DNA from: a virus
Length of the DNA stretch: 64,000 bases
IMG/VR virus record: IMGVR_UViG_3300024999_000049
Location: 1 to 64,000 of that record
Reading direction: 5' to 3' (one strand)
Shown here: positions 49,771 through 60,895 of the stretch, piece after piece
Numbering within the stretch: the stretch's first letter is position 1
Layout: the number at the start of each line of letters is the position of its first letter
Position numbers and translations under genes: made by a program
The notes under the pieces: generated by a model
Databases searched by the model: none
Told to the model about the DNA's origin: nothing
The model's input: only the letters and a program-made list of their open reading frames with translations

Positions 49771-51735
49771 CTAACAATATATCATGCGATTTCCAGATTT
49801 TCTATCATACCAATCTCTTTTAGATTCTATACCAAATTCTTTACACATTTTCACAAATCCTCTTTTTGAAAATCCTATAGAGAATGAAAAATCAAATGAA
49901 TTGCTATTATGATTCCACATCCCAAAATCATTTGATAAAGGATGCTGCAATAAGCTAACAGGATCAATTATGTCTAATATACTATTACCTTGATGATTAT
50001 GTCTTCTTTCCCATCCTTTTATAATTTTAGGAAATGAATCTTCATTCTGATTTAAAATTAATGTTAAGTGCTTATATGATGTTGGATGAAATGTAAAGAA
50101 ACAAGATACAAGAGTATTATTAATAGGACATAAAAATTTACCATCATACCTATATTCATTTTGTCTTTTATTAATAAAAAATTCTGGAGACTGTCTTTCT
50201 GGATAAGATAAATTCTGCTTTGTAATAATTTTATCTAAATCATCATATTCTCCATCTTGAAAACCATAAATATGAGCTAAAACAAGATAAACATAGTTGA
50301 TATTTTCTCTAATCTGTTTTTCATACCATTCAAGAACTTTCTTTTTACCTCCAAAAGACTCCAATTCCTTTTCCATTTCAATAGTTATATGTTTTGCTAA
50401 AGCTTTCCTTGACCACCAATAGTGAATCATTTTTATTCTTTTTTTAGAACCAATCATTTCATGTTCTGTCATAGATTCTATTAAAGGTTTATCAATTTCA
50501 CTTGTATTCGTAACTAATAGTTTTGTATCATTAATATTTTTAAAATCTAAATACCTATTATCAAAATCTGAACCATATAAATCAACGAAAATTTGTTTTT
50601 CATTATTAAATGTACCATAATCCATATATGAATCATTTTCATTTTTTGTATCAAACTCTTTAGAATATTCACCATTTAAGAACTTTTTTTTATCATAAGA
50701 AACGATAATATTATTTTCATATGTTTTAGCTAAAGACGTATTTTTCTGAATTGGTACTAACGAATTATTATTGTTATCTAGCAATTCAGTTGATTTTGTT
50801 TTTAAGATAAGACTATGTACATATGAAAGTCTCTTATTAGGAACTTTACCAACATAGATTTTATTTATAAGGAATATTGCAATTACTATTGGAAGATAAG
50901 CATCTACCCCTAAATTAAAAATAGCAAGATTAGTCTCATCAATAATGTGTTTTGATGCATACCCTTTATAATCATGGCCTTCAAATTTAAAAATATAATC
51001 ATAAGGAAATAATTCATATTGCTTATTCTCAGCATCCCTGTGATTTCTTTTATGACTGTTTTGATCTGGATATCTTTCATCAATTCTTTCTGAGATAGAA
51101 AATATGTTATCTCCATCTTTTATATAAAATCCAAAATACCCATAAGCACTATCATTCATTCTAATATAGCAAAGATATATAGCATCTTTTGCTATATTAA
51201 TAGCCTTTAAACAATCTTCACTGGTTTCAAATACATGAATATATGTATTGAATCCAATGTTACCCTTAAAACATGTTCCTTTTGCATAAATATCATATTT
51301 ACATTTTTCAATACCATCTATAGCAATAGTCATTAATCCTAATAGCTGCTCTGCTGAAACTTCTGATTTAAAATCTCCAATTAATTTTCCATCGGTTACT
51401 TTATCAACAATTTCATTTAATCTCGTCTTAAATGTATTTTCAATCGAAGACATAAACGAACTATTAAAATCATTCCACATATCTTTTGATTCTTCATAAT
51501 CTGAAGGGTCTTGAATTAATTCAAAAAGTGATTTCGGTCTATATTCTTCTAAAACTTTTTTACATAGTTGTTTTGCATATAATGCTGATAAAATTCCAGA
51601 ATCATCATACTCAGAAAGTTTTTCAATCTTTTTATTGCCATCATGAATCCAATAAGAACCTAAGTTAAATCTAGTTTGATCTGGATTATAATTAATAAAT
51701 TTTGCCCATTTATTTAAAATTTCAATTGCATTCAT
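49771..51735 (-). CDS. large hypothetical protein (654 aa)
   Basis: ATG at 51735 after GAGGTG; no family recognised. Confidence 0.8.
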   Translation of the reverse strand: MNAIEILNKWAKFINYNPDQTRFNLGSYWIHDGNKKIEKLSEYDDSGILSALYAKQLCKKVLEEYRPKSLFELIQDPSDYEESKDMWNDFNSSFMSSIENTFKTRLNEIVDKVTDGKLIGDFKSEVSAEQLLGLMTIAIDGIEKCKYDIYAKGTCFKGNIGFNTYIHVFETSEDCLKAINIAKDAIYLCYIRMNDSAYGYFGFYIKDGDNIFSISERIDERYPDQNSHKRNHRDAENKQYELFPYDYIFKFEGHDYKGYASKHIIDETNLAIFNLGVDAYLPIVIAIFLINKIYVGKVPNKRLSYVHSLILKTKSTELLDNNNNSLVPIQKNTSLAKTYENNIIVSYDKKKFLNGEYSKEFDTKNENDSYMDYGTFNNEKQIFVDLYGSDFDNRYLDFKNINDTKLLVTNTSEIDKPLIESMTEHEMIGSKKRIKMIHYWWSRKALAKHITIEMEKELESFGGKKKVLEWYEKQIRENINYVYLVLAHIYGFQDGEYDDLDKIITKQNLSYPERQSPEFFINKRQNEYRYDGKFLCPINNTLVSCFFTFHPTSYKHLTLILNQNEDSFPKIIKGWERRHNHQGNSILDIIDPVSLLQHPLSNDFGMWNHNSNSFDFSFSIGFSKRGFVKMCKEFGIESKRDWYDRKSGNRMIYC

Positions 51736-51790
51736 TTCTTTCACCTCTCTTATTTTACCCCACAAAATAACCAGTTTATTGACTTTCTTA

Positions 51791-51973
51791 TTATTTCTTT
51801 AACCAATGTGTTGGAGTATAATATACATACATACTCATATCTGTCAACCACCACAAATTTCCTTTTCTAATAAGTTCCTGAATATTTCTTTCTCCATACT
51901 TATCAGATAATTTTGTTTTAACAACATTACCTTCGGTTGGTAATTCTTTGCCAACTTCAATCCATTTTTCCAT
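51791..51973 (-). CDS. DUF551-like small phage protein
   Basis: WIEV.KELP...PTHW; bounded by the 51762 and 51989 sites. Confidence 0.65.
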   Translation of the reverse strand: MEKWIEVGKELPTEGNVVKTKLSDKYGERNIQELIRKGNLWWLTDMSMYVYYTPTHWLKK

Positions 51974-52010
51974 ATTATATTCCTCCATATAAAATATCAT
52001 ATTTATAGTT

Positions 52011-52361
52011 TTACCACCATATACTAAAATTCATTTTATCTTTCATAATATTTCTATCTTTTTCATTCGTATTTTTATAACTATCTATAAAGTTTATTAC
52101 TGCTTCTTTGAATGTTTTTCTCTGATTTTCACGCTTTATATATTCTTCAGAATTAGCACATTCATCTTTTATTTCTTCTCTGCTAAAATTAGGGCAATAT
52201 TCTATTTTACATCCACACGAGAATTTTCTTGTTTCCCATCTGCCACCATAACAATGTTCTCTATATTTGTTTTTATCAAACATATTAACTTCTGTAGTTT
52301 CTTCTATTATGAGCGAACAACCACACTTAGGACACTTATCTGTTTTAATATACTTTAACAT
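52011..52361 (-). CDS. Cys-rich hypothetical protein
   Basis: CPKCG, HC, FSCG, YCPN. Confidence 0.65.
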   Translation of the reverse strand: MLKYIKTDKCPKCGCSLIIEETTEVNMFDKNKYREHCYGGRWETRKFSCGCKIEYCPNFSREEIKDECANSEEYIKRENQRKTFKEAVINFIDSYKNTNEKDRNIMKDKMNFSIWW

Positions 52362-52364
52362 TTT

Positions 52365-52910
52365 TTATCCTCCCATACCACACCACAAATATATTATCAA
52401 ATCCTTACTTACTTTTCCATATGCTCCGTTAATATCATTCTTAACAATATATTTTAACAAAGCATTAACATGAGCCTGTGCGTTCTTCTTTGTATCCTCA
52501 GAACCTTCTTTCGAGTTAATATACATTTTAATATCATCTGGACTTACAAAACCGCAGTCAAGTCCTCTTAACACTTCAAGAAACATTCCTATGCCTGATC
52601 TATATGCTGCCTTACTTGATTCTTTAACTGCCTCATTGTTCTCAAAAGCATCAAAATATTTCTGATTATCTGAGGATAAAGAATACTGTTTCAATGGCGT
52701 AATATAGTTGTCAGATTTCCAGATTTTAAGGTGTGAAGTATCTACATTATTTTCTTCACATACCTTTTTAACATTCTTCATGTGTGTAGTTACGGTTTTG
52801 TTCATTCCAAGTCTATCCACAACATCAGGATAACTTTTAGAATTAGCTACTACCATTTTAAAATAATCTAGCTGTAATATTTTCCTACCTATATTTATTG
52901 TTTCACTCAT
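52365..52910 (-). CDS. protein with N-terminal HTH-like and C-terminal integrase SAM-like domain
   Basis: SKSYPDVVDRLG...NVDTSH, then SKAAYRSGIGMFL...DDIKMYI...TKKNAQAHVNALLKY. Confidence 0.55.
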   Translation of the reverse strand: MSETINIGRKILQLDYFKMVVANSKSYPDVVDRLGMNKTVTTHMKNVKKVCEENNVDTSHLKIWKSDNYITPLKQYSLSSDNQKYFDAFENNEAVKESSKAAYRSGIGMFLEVLRGLDCGFVSPDDIKMYINSKEGSEDTKKNAQAHVNALLKYIVKNDINGAYGKVSKDLIIYLWCGMGG

Positions 52911-53018
52911 ATTATTGTCAAGTCCTTTCTTCGTTGGTTTTGTTTAACTTGCTTAGTATGAATATAGTATAGCAAATTTTTATTTCATTGTCAATAGATT
53001 TTTTAAATATTATTATAT

Positions 53019-53453
53019 TTATTTTGTTAAAACTTCTACTTCTACTTCTTCTTCCTCTTCTTCTTTTTCTCTAAACTTCTCATTAACTTCATGTAATTCA
53101 ACCAATGTATACCAATTCCCTTCTTTATCATGATCTTGTACTTGTAAATTACAGATCATTGATACCATTCTTCTATACACTTTCTCCGCTGCACTAAGAT
53201 GTTCATCCATCCCGCCAAATCCATCAATATGTCTCGGAGATATTTCGTTGATGAAAGTCGACAACTTAAAATATCCAGTATCAATCAATTTCATAAATAG
53301 TTTAGATATCCAATGATATTTACTATCTAATTTTATATGTTCAATATCTCCATATACATTATCGGCTATAACCTTTTCTATTCCTTTTTCTCCGTACCAT
53401 AATTTACAGGCTAATACCAAATCTGATTCCATTTTATCTAATTTAAGTGCCAT
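53019..53453 (-). CDS. hypothetical protein with acidic tail
   Basis: GAGG RBS. Confidence 0.65.
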   Translation of the reverse strand: MALKLDKMESDLVLACKLWYGEKGIEKVIADNVYGDIEHIKLDSKYHWISKLFMKLIDTGYFKLSTFINEISPRHIDGFGGMDEHLSAAEKVYRRMVSMICNLQVQDHDKEGNWYTLVELHEVNEKFREKEEEEEEVEVEVLTK

Positions 53454-53639
53454 ATGTATACCTCACCTTTCAATGCCCAACTTCATTCTTAATCTCATTA
53501 CCAATCCTTTTATATGATCTGCCTGAAGAAATACTTTATCACATTCATTAATATCTCTCAGGATTCCATTCGCTTGTTGTTCAATTGCACTCAATAAAAA
53601 TTCTATATCCATATTCATAATCACTTCGAATCCTTTCTT

Positions 53640-53867
53640 TTATAACCTTACTTTTAATCCTTCAAGTGAATCCAACTTCCCAAATCCAACTAAATACCAA
53701 TCTTCATCCATTTCAATTCTTGTTGGTATCCATTTGTTATTTATGGATACTTCCATTGTTTGACCGCAATGTAAACCATCTTCAATATTTCCATCATCAT
53801 ATTTAATACCTATACGATCATTATAAGGGTTATAGAATAATGTACCATAATATTTATCTCTGTTCAT
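53640..53867 (-). CDS. DUF5348-like protein
   Basis: GLHCGQTMEV...WIPTRIEM...WYLVG...LEGLKVR. Confidence 0.8.
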   Translation of the reverse strand: MNRDKYYGTLFYNPYNDRIGIKYDDGNIEDGLHCGQTMEVSINNKWIPTRIEMDEDWYLVGFGKLDSLEGLKVRL

Positions 53868-54108
53868 GTTTTAACACCTTCTTTATATTTATTCAATCAT
53901 CTAAATTCCATTGAATCACTACAAATCCTGTTATTGCTATAGCCTGAATAATCAAATTTAACACAGATATTTTCTCTTTGTATGCTGTTTTCCCAAAATT
54001 AATTATAGAAAACCAGATTGCTACAAACAAACATAAGATTTTTATTGTAATTCTTATTGACATTTTGATTACCTCTTTCCTTTTTTATTATTTTTATTTA
54101 CTATAAAA

Positions 54109-54297
54109 CTACTTATTCGTTGGCTTTTCTGAAAACCACCTACACTCCACTAAATAAAAATCTTCAGTATAATAATTGTTATCACAATAAGCATTATGTG
54201 CTTGTTCTTCTTGACCTTTATCATTCATGCAATCACATTCTTTGAATACTTCTGAATATTCGTGCCATAAACAATTTATGCATATTCTAGGTAACAT
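54109..54297 (-). CDS. Cys-rich hypothetical protein
   Basis: CINC...C...C; AAAGGA RBS. Confidence 0.55.
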   Translation of the reverse strand: MLPRICINCLWHEYSEVFKECDCMNDKGQEEQAHNAYCDNNYYTEDFYLVECRWFSEKPTNK

Positions 54298-54332
54298 TAT
54301 TATATCCTTTCTATCTGCGTGAAACCGCTATT

Positions 54333-54554
54333 TTATTTACCGGATGCTACATTAAGCATCAAATTTTCTTTTTCTTTCAATTGGTCATGTAGTCCAGATT
54401 CAATGTCATACATGTATTTTTCAAACTTATCAAATGTATCAGACAATTTACTATCATATGTATTAGTCGAAAATTTACCAAATAATTCTATTATAGTTTC
54501 AATTGTCTGAAGATCATTTCTAAATGCTGTTAAAGTGTCTTTCATAAATACCAC
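54333..54554 (-). CDS. hypothetical protein
   Basis: Stop in the 54319 site; promoter-like TTGACT...TAGTAT upstream. Confidence 0.55.
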   Translation of the reverse strand: MVFMKDTLTAFRNDLQTIETIIELFGKFSTNTYDSKLSDTFDKFEKYMYDIESGLHDQLKEKENLMLNVASGK

Positions 54555-54717
54555 CTTTCATTTACAATACTATACTTACTTAGTTAAAAAGTCAATACCT
54601 AATGAAAAAATATTTTTATAATACCATTACCTATGAGGCTATATCCTCTGACAGTAAACATAATGATCTAATCTCCTTCCTATTTATTATGAGTGAGATA
54701 GTATTTTTAAGGTCTAC

Positions 54718-54990
54718 TTATTTTATTTTAATATCATCCGACATATTGATATATAACGTTTGTTTTTTAGAAATGGTAGCACATCCAATCTTATCATCGT
54801 TTTTATCATACAATTCTAAATAAAGTAAAGGATGATTATTCTCAAAAGTAAATATATCATGCCTATATACATTGAACACACTAACACCGTTAATTGTTAA
54901 GCTATGGCAGTCGTTATCTGCTTCAATTTCTTCAATACTTGTACCTACTAATAATTTCAAATCATTATAACTTAATACCTTCATAATCAT
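54718..54990 (-). CDS. hypothetical protein
   Basis: AAGGAG RBS. Confidence 0.6.
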   Translation of the reverse strand: MIMKVLSYNDLKLLVGTSIEEIEADNDCHSLTINGVSVFNVYRHDIFTFENNHPLLYLELYDKNDDKIGCATISKKQTLYINMSDDIKIK

Positions 54991-55029
54991 TCTCCTTCTT
55001 CCTGTTATACAGGATATAAAATAGTATTT

Positions 55030-55317
55030 TTATTTCCTACTCATTTTCTTTTTTCTTTTATCTATCCATTCGTCAAATTCTTGATTATTTAAATAAACCA
55101 TAGGTATACATGGATTACTATCTGCAATATCTCTATAATCTACAATTCTTCCAATTGATTTTCCATCTTCATAGATATATACAAAAATTTTTTCTACTGG
55201 TTTTATTGAGTTTAATCTATTAACTACTCTTTCTACTAAATCATCCATATCATTGCTTTGACCTAATTCCATTTTATATCTATTAAATTCACCATAGTTC
55301 CCTATTGCTTCATACAT
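55030..55317 (-). CDS. hypothetical protein
   Basis: GGAGG RBS; stop in the 55016 site. Confidence 0.6.
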   Translation of the reverse strand: MYEAIGNYGEFNRYKMELGQSNDMDDLVERVVNRLNSIKPVEKIFVYIYEDGKSIGRIVDYRDIADSNPCIPMVYLNNQEFDEWIDKRKKKMSRK

Positions 55318-55536
55318 GTTCATACCTCCATTAATCAATTGAATTTCTTATTTGATTGTTTTTATACTTCATACCCAAATGGTATCTCAACATTATTCTT
55401 TTGAAGTATACCAACAATTTCTTCATATCTTCCAGATTCAGTAAGTGTTAAGTTATGTTCTTGCTCCATCTCTGTTAATTTGTAAAGTTCATCAAGTAAA
55501 TTATCAAATGTATTATCTATCACCTGTTATACCTCC

Positions 55537-55731
55537 TTATATTTGATTTTTTAATTCTTCCAAATTGATATTTAATACCTTTGCCACTCTCAAAAGTTCC
55601 TTACCTGTTATAGTGTCTCTGGTTAACTTGTCAACAAAAGTTTTGTAGTTTATTCCTGATTGATCTGCTACCCAGGTCTTAGTCCTACCTTGCTGTTCTA
55701 TGATGTTTGAAATGTATTCACCTAGATTCAT
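55537..55731 (-). CDS. XRE/Cro-like HTH protein
   Basis: TKTWVADQSGINYKTF...ELLRVAKVL. Confidence 0.8.
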   Translation of the reverse strand: MNLGEYISNIIEQQGRTKTWVADQSGINYKTFVDKLTRDTITGKELLRVAKVLNINLEELKNQI

Positions 55732-55988
55732 TCCTTATCATCCTCGTCTTCGTCTTCATAATCTTCCTCTGAATCCTCAACTTCCAATTTTCCATTTTGA
55801 TTAATAAGTATTTCTTTATAACCAATAGTTTCATTCTCTTCAAAATCAACTAATGTATGTCCTTTCACAGAAAACACACTTACCGCAGTTTGATACTCTA
55901 CATAAAATTGAGGCATCTCAATAATAATTTCATTATCTTTGTTTTGCAAAATCTTTGCATTCTTTGGTAATCCTACTTTTAATAACAT
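55728..55988 (-). CDS. hypothetical protein with acidic tail
   Basis: AAGGAG RBS; TTGACA...TATAAT promoter near 56036-56064. Confidence 0.65.
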   Translation of the reverse strand: MLLKVGLPKNAKILQNKDNEIIIEMPQFYVEYQTAVSVFSVKGHTLVDFEENETIGYKEILINQNGKLEVEDSEEDYEDEDEDDKE

Positions 55989-56141
55989 AATTTTAATACT
56001 CCTTCAAATTTTATTTTCGTTCAACTTCTTAATATTATTATATATCTATTTTATCCTGTTGTCAAGACATTTATTCGTATTTTTAAATATTTTTATCTGA
56101 TATTTCAGACTTAAAGAAAATAAAATCTTGGATTTATTGGA

Positions 56142-56336
56142 TTATATTCTTATTTGTTCCCAATCATTAAAAAAATCTTCAAGGATTTTATATTGAACTG
56201 TTCCATAAGAATAAATATCTTCTCCATATGATATTAACATTGGTATATTTAAACTATGCCGTTCTAATATTACCTTATAATTATTTCCTGTAATTAATTT
56301 TTTTCTATTTTCTGTGCCTACATATTTTAAAATCAT
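56142..56336 (-). CDS. hypothetical protein
   Basis: TAACAGGAGGG RBS. Confidence 0.6.
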   Translation of the reverse strand: MILKYVGTENRKKLITGNNYKVILERHSLNIPMLISYGEDIYSYGTVQYKILEDFFNDWEQIRI

Positions 56337-56376
56337 AATACCCTCCTGTTATAGCCTGTCGGCTGTTATACTATTA

Positions 56377-57084
56377 TTACATTCTTATCCCATTATAAAT
56401 CGGACTAAACTCATACAACCATTCACTAACCTTTTTCTCCTGATCTGTCCATGATTCCCTGTTAAATACATTATCTGTCCCTTCAACTCTTTTGGGATAA
56501 GTAAAGAATCCAAAGTCAAATACATTCTTTGCTACAAACCTGATAGTATTGCTGTCATCTGTTATATCAGCATCGTAGTATCCGTCTTGTCCATTTTCTT
56601 CTCCACCGGAAGGATTAATATGTTTATATACCTTACTAACTTTAAATTGTGCTTGTCTTTCTGCTTTTGCTTTATTTTCTGCTTCTTGAATTGCTTTTTC
56701 TTCATTATCCTTTTTAATCAGATCAAGAATTATAGAAGTAAGTTTTTCTCTGATAACTTTATTAGGTATAGTTCCAGTACCTTCGAAAGTTTTATCAATA
56801 ATTCGTTTATAGTATATTGCTTTGTATTCATCTGTCCAACCTTCATTAAAAGGTAATGGTTTATAGGTATCAAGAGCAATTTGTTTTAGTTCGTTATTGT
56901 GGTTTAGGATTCTTGCGATAGCTTCAGCATTGATATAGACTGTGCTGTAATGCTGATTACGGATATCACGTATAATATCCTGTATTTTATATTCTGAAAT
57001 ACCGTTATATATTCCGTATGCATCTGAATCATTTACACGGAATTCTAAATCTCTGTTCAGGTCTTTTTGTTCTTCATTTTTCAT
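56377..57084 (-). CDS. hypothetical protein
   Basis: 235 aa; AAGGAG RBS. Confidence 0.75.
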   Translation of the reverse strand: MKNEEQKDLNRDLEFRVNDSDAYGIYNGISEYKIQDIIRDIRNQHYSTVYINAEAIARILNHNNELKQIALDTYKPLPFNEGWTDEYKAIYYKRIIDKTFEGTGTIPNKVIREKLTSIILDLIKKDNEEKAIQEAENKAKAERQAQFKVSKVYKHINPSGGEENGQDGYYDADITDDSNTIRFVAKNVFDFGFFTYPKRVEGTDNVFNRESWTDQEKKVSEWLYEFSPIYNGIRM

Positions 57085-57136
57085 GGTTAATTCTCCTTCT
57101 GGCTGTTATGGTTACCAACCTGTTAAAATTGTTCTT

Positions 57137-57376
57137 TTATTGTATTATCGTTACTTCTTGAATTTCTATATCCATAAATAATTTAAGCACTTCAATTTCC
57201 GTATTTGGAAACTTTTCAATCAAACTTTTTGCTACCTGTTCACAATAATCTTTATCGTAAAAGAAATGTGCGTTGAGTAAATCCCCTGTTAATTCAATCT
57301 CATTGTTTTCATTATATTTAATATACATTCCTTTTCCAATGTAAATTACACGATTTCTAAAAACTTTCTTAGCCAT
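57137..57376 (-). CDS. hypothetical protein
   Basis: Stop in the 57123 site. Confidence 0.6.
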   Translation of the reverse strand: MAKKVFRNRVIYIGKGMYIKYNENNEIELTGDLLNAHFFYDKDYCEQVAKSLIEKFPNTEIEVLKLFMDIEIQEVTIIQ

Positions 57377-57415
57377 AATAATAACCCCTTTCTGTTATTC
57401 ATATTTTACCATTTA

Positions 57416-58039
57416 TTACGCTACACTTCTATACCCTGTTCCATGTTTTGTATTAGCCGTTACAATCTTATTTTCTGCTACCATGTTTTTAAACAACTCA
57501 TAAATATAATGCATATCAAGATCATTAGAAGAATAAACACCTATATAATTTAATAACCTTTTAATCCTATATTTACTTAATACTTTTTGCAAAGGATTCC
57601 AGCCATCTGTTATGAATAAATTCTTTCTTTTAGTCTTATATATCGTTAGTATATCCTGCTCAATTTCAACTCTTTTGGACTGTAGTATACTCATATATTC
57701 ATCATCTGTTATATCAAAAACTTCTTCATAAATATCTGTATTCCTAAATGTAAATAAATCATTATTCAAAAGGTTTTCGATTATCGGAATATTCTCTTCG
57801 ATCACTATACCAGATACTTGTTGAGGATGAAGATATAATTCCTGCTTGTCTTTTGTTACTGTGTTACAACCACTGTTAAATCTTTCTTTCTTAATTTCCC
57901 ATCCATTATTAAGGAATAAATCTGTTATTGACTTTTTGAATAACTCTCCATCTTCAGGAGTGTTCCAACCTACTCCATATTTTGAATTATAATATGAAGG
58001 TGTATTGATATTAAAATAAACTCTCTTAAATATTGACAT
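57416..58039 (-). CDS. hypothetical protein
   Basis: 207 aa; TAACAGGAGG RBS. Confidence 0.75.
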   Translation of the reverse strand: MSIFKRVYFNINTPSYYNSKYGVGWNTPEDGELFKKSITDLFLNNGWEIKKERFNSGCNTVTKDKQELYLHPQQVSGIVIEENIPIIENLLNNDLFTFRNTDIYEEVFDITDDEYMSILQSKRVEIEQDILTIYKTKRKNLFITDGWNPLQKVLSKYRIKRLLNYIGVYSSNDLDMHYIYELFKNMVAENKIVTANTKHGTGYRSVA

Positions 58040-58285
58040 TGTAAATTTCCTCCTGTTATTATATTCGTTTTATTATACTTCCATATGATCTATAATATCG
58101 TTATAACATATATTGTTATGTGACATCATAAAATATCCTAATGCTTCTGGTATACAATCGGCATCAATATGACATTCTTGTCTTTCTCCATTTTCAATAT
58201 AGTATATTGCATATGTACTTTGCTCCATTTTCAATTACCTCCTGTTATTATACATACTCTGTTATTGGTTAATGAATCCGTCCTT

Positions 58286-58522
58286 TTATTTTCTTTTTAT
58301 TTTCAATTCACCATTGTAAAATTCAGTCTCTTCGTCACCTAAATAACCAAAATAAGTTAATAAATATTGTTTCAAGATATCTTTTGATTCTTCCCATATT
58401 CCCATTTGTGCTAAATGATTTTGAATCCTTTTTACTGTTTCACTATATCCTTCTTCCTTTACACTATTAAATTTTTCTTGAATAAAAGCTCTTACTAATT
58501 TTTCTTGCTGTTCATTAGTCAT
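58286..58522 (-). CDS. hypothetical protein
   Basis: Bounded by the 58272 and 58557 sites. Confidence 0.65.
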   Translation of the reverse strand: MTNEQQEKLVRAFIQEKFNSVKEEGYSETVKRIQNHLAQMGIWEESKDILKQYLLTYFGYLGDEETEFYNGELKIKRK

Positions 58523-58581
58523 TTTATTTTTTCCACCTTTCCGGCTGTTATAGCCTATAAAAACATCTTTTTATTTACTTG

Positions 58582-58824
58582 TTACTCTTTACCTACAAAC
58601 ATTTTAAACAAAGTGGTTTTTGCATCCTTCCATGCTAGAATTGCTGTATGTTCTTTTGTGCCACAATATAACTCATTCAAAGACATATCAGAATTAGTTC
58701 CATATACTACATATATTTTTCCAATTGGTGTTTCTATTGTATATGTAGAAATAGCATATACTTTTCCGTTATGGTCTATTTTAATTTCATCTGTTAAGAT
58801 TGTCTTGGATTCAAATTCTTTCAT
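58582..58824 (-). CDS. hypothetical protein
   Basis: GAAGG RBS. Confidence 0.6.
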   Translation of the reverse strand: MKEFESKTILTDEIKIDHNGKVYAISTYTIETPIGKIYVVYGTNSDMSLNELYCGTKEHTAILAWKDAKTTLFKMFVGKE

Positions 58825-58863
58825 ATTATACCTTCTTTCTCCTGCTCTGTTATGGCAGGACTA

Positions 58864-59067
58864 TTATACTATTTTCTTACCTCTTTTTGTCCAATCAAGA
58901 TTGTTCTTACAGAATTCCTCTGCCTGTTCATACGTCAAATTATCTTCTTGAAATGTACCATCTGGAGCGAATATTGCATAGCCTTGCTTTAGGGTATAGC
59001 CTTCAGGTATTTCCTTCTCAGTTTTTTCTTTTATACTCCAGTTGTTTAGTTTCTTAATTACTCGCAT
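58864..59067 (-). CDS. hypothetical protein
   Basis: TAACAGGAGG RBS. Confidence 0.6.
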   Translation of the reverse strand: MRVIKKLNNWSIKEKTEKEIPEGYTLKQGYAIFAPDGTFQEDNLTYEQAEEFCKNNLDWTKRGKKIV

Positions 59068-59087
59068 TATTGTTATCCTCCTGTTAT

Positions 59088-59294
59088 TTAGTATTTAAAA
59101 GTTTCAATTGATTTTCTTAACTGATCCGAATAGTTTTTAGTTACTTCAATGAAATTAAGTGGAGGAACATTTTGTTTTGTACAATTGTTTATAACAGTTA
59201 CCCATCCATCTAAAGCAATATTTGTAACAATCCCAATTTCAACCACACTAGAATTATTATAAAATAGCAAATCTCCTTTTTTAATTTCAAACAT
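59088..59294 (-). CDS. hypothetical protein
   Basis: AAGGAG RBS. Confidence 0.55.
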   Translation of the reverse strand: MFEIKKGDLLFYNNSSVVEIGIVTNIALDGWVTVINNCTKQNVPPLNFIEVTKNYSDQLRKSIETFKY

Positions 59295-59524
59295 TGTTAT
59301 ACTCTCCTTCTACAGTTCGCCCTTTGTCGAATCGGTTGCTGTTATATCTCAATTCCAAAAGGTATATCTATATCATTTTCATGAAGTAAATCAACGATTA
59401 TTACATACCTTTCTCTTTCTTCTTCTGTTAATGTCTCTGTTAATTCTTTTTGTGTATAGATATAGAGTTCGTCAAGTAATGATTCAGAAAATTCCTTGTT
59501 CATTTTTAATTTTTCCTTTCGCTA

Positions 59525-59719
59525 TTATTCCACTTCTATAACCAGCCCTACACCATCAATCGCATACATGTATGTTATTTCTTTATCCAATACTCTACCA
59601 TTGAATATTGCAGAATCTGTTTCTGTTAAAATGTTATAGGTTTCCTTCTCTTCATCCCATTGTTTTACTGTTACATTACCCTGTAATGTTATAGTATCTG
59701 TTATATCTCTAAGTGTCAT
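59525..59719 (-). CDS. hypothetical protein
   Basis: GAAGG RBS. Confidence 0.6.
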   Translation of the reverse strand: MTLRDITDTITLQGNVTVKQWDEEKETYNILTETDSAIFNGRVLDKEITYMYAIDGVGLVIEVE

Positions 59720-59765
59720 TTTTATATTACCTTCTTTCTGTTTAAAATCCTTGTTTCATTTACTG

Positions 59766-59996
59766 TTAATACACCAATTCAGCAAACCACTCATTATTTT
59801 TCAACTCAACTTTTCTAATAAAGCTGTTCTGAATTCTATTCATCATTAATCCGTCAACTTCATCTTCACTTGTGAATTCTGCTGTTACTGGTTGCATTGC
59901 CTGAGTATATTGTAATTTATAGTTTATTTTTCTTTCGTCTTTCTCATCGAGTTTACACCATTCTTGAAAGTTCATACCGTAATAACTTTTTCTCAT
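59766..59996 (-). CDS. hypothetical protein
   Basis: AAGGAG RBS; lies between the 59742 and 60017 sites. Confidence 0.6.
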   Translation of the reverse strand: MRKSYYGMNFQEWCKLDEKDERKINYKLQYTQAMQPVTAEFTSEDEVDGLMMNRIQNSFIRKVELKNNEWFAELVY

Positions 59997-60042
59997 TTTG
60001 TTACTCCTTTTACCAAATAAATTAATAGTTTCATTGGTCTCC

Positions 60043-60234
60043 TTATAGCGTTTCTGTTATATCTCTACCTGAATTTTCCCACTTAGTTACTGTAATTTTA
60101 TACCCTTCGCTTTCAGGAAATTTCACTTTAAAAATATTGTATATTGTTTTCAATTCATACATAACTGTTACTGATCTTTCGGCTGTAGCAAAGAAATGTT
60201 TGCCATTTAGAGATACATTAATTTCATAGTACAT
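60043..60234 (-). CDS. hypothetical phage protein
   Basis: YEINVSLNGKHFFAT...KFPESEGY. Confidence 0.65.
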   Translation of the reverse strand: MYYEINVSLNGKHFFATAERSVTVMYELKTIYNIFKVKFPESEGYKITVTKWENSGRDITETL

Positions 60235-60895
60235 ATATTATATCCTTCTTTCTGCCTGTATAGGCTGTTACTCTTCATAATCTAAACATTCTGTTATTGT
60301 TTCATCTGATGAAAATTTATCTTTAATATCCATATTCCTACTAGAACAGTATTCTAAACAATTTTCATCGTTACCATAATTACATTCATGTACAAATTTC
60401 TTACAACCATTACAAATACTATTGTTATCAGTAATTCTCATACTTTACCTCTTAATATTCTTCTCCAAATTCATCACTCAGTAAACAAGTTAATTCTGTT
60501 ATTGTATTATCCAGTATATCCATTACCCTGTTCCCTACCTGTAGAGAATTATCATAGCTTGCTTTCTGGCTTTCCAGTTCATTAATTGTTATTTTAATCA
60601 TATTAATCATTATTGTTTTACTCATTGTTGTATTCTCCTTCTCCCTGTTTGCCCTATCGTCAAATCAGGGAATAAATGCATCATTTTATTGGGTATTATC
60701 GCCTGTTCTGTTATAGATATTTACCCAAATAAGCAACATCAAATTCACTATTAATCTTTTCAAGTTCATTCAGAATTTTATATTCTGTACTACCTTCAAT
60801 ATTTTTATTTGGTAACTTATCAAGTAATATATAAATGTTATCAAGACGTTTTTCTAGAAATTCTTTTTCTCTATATGTCATAATATCACCCCTTT

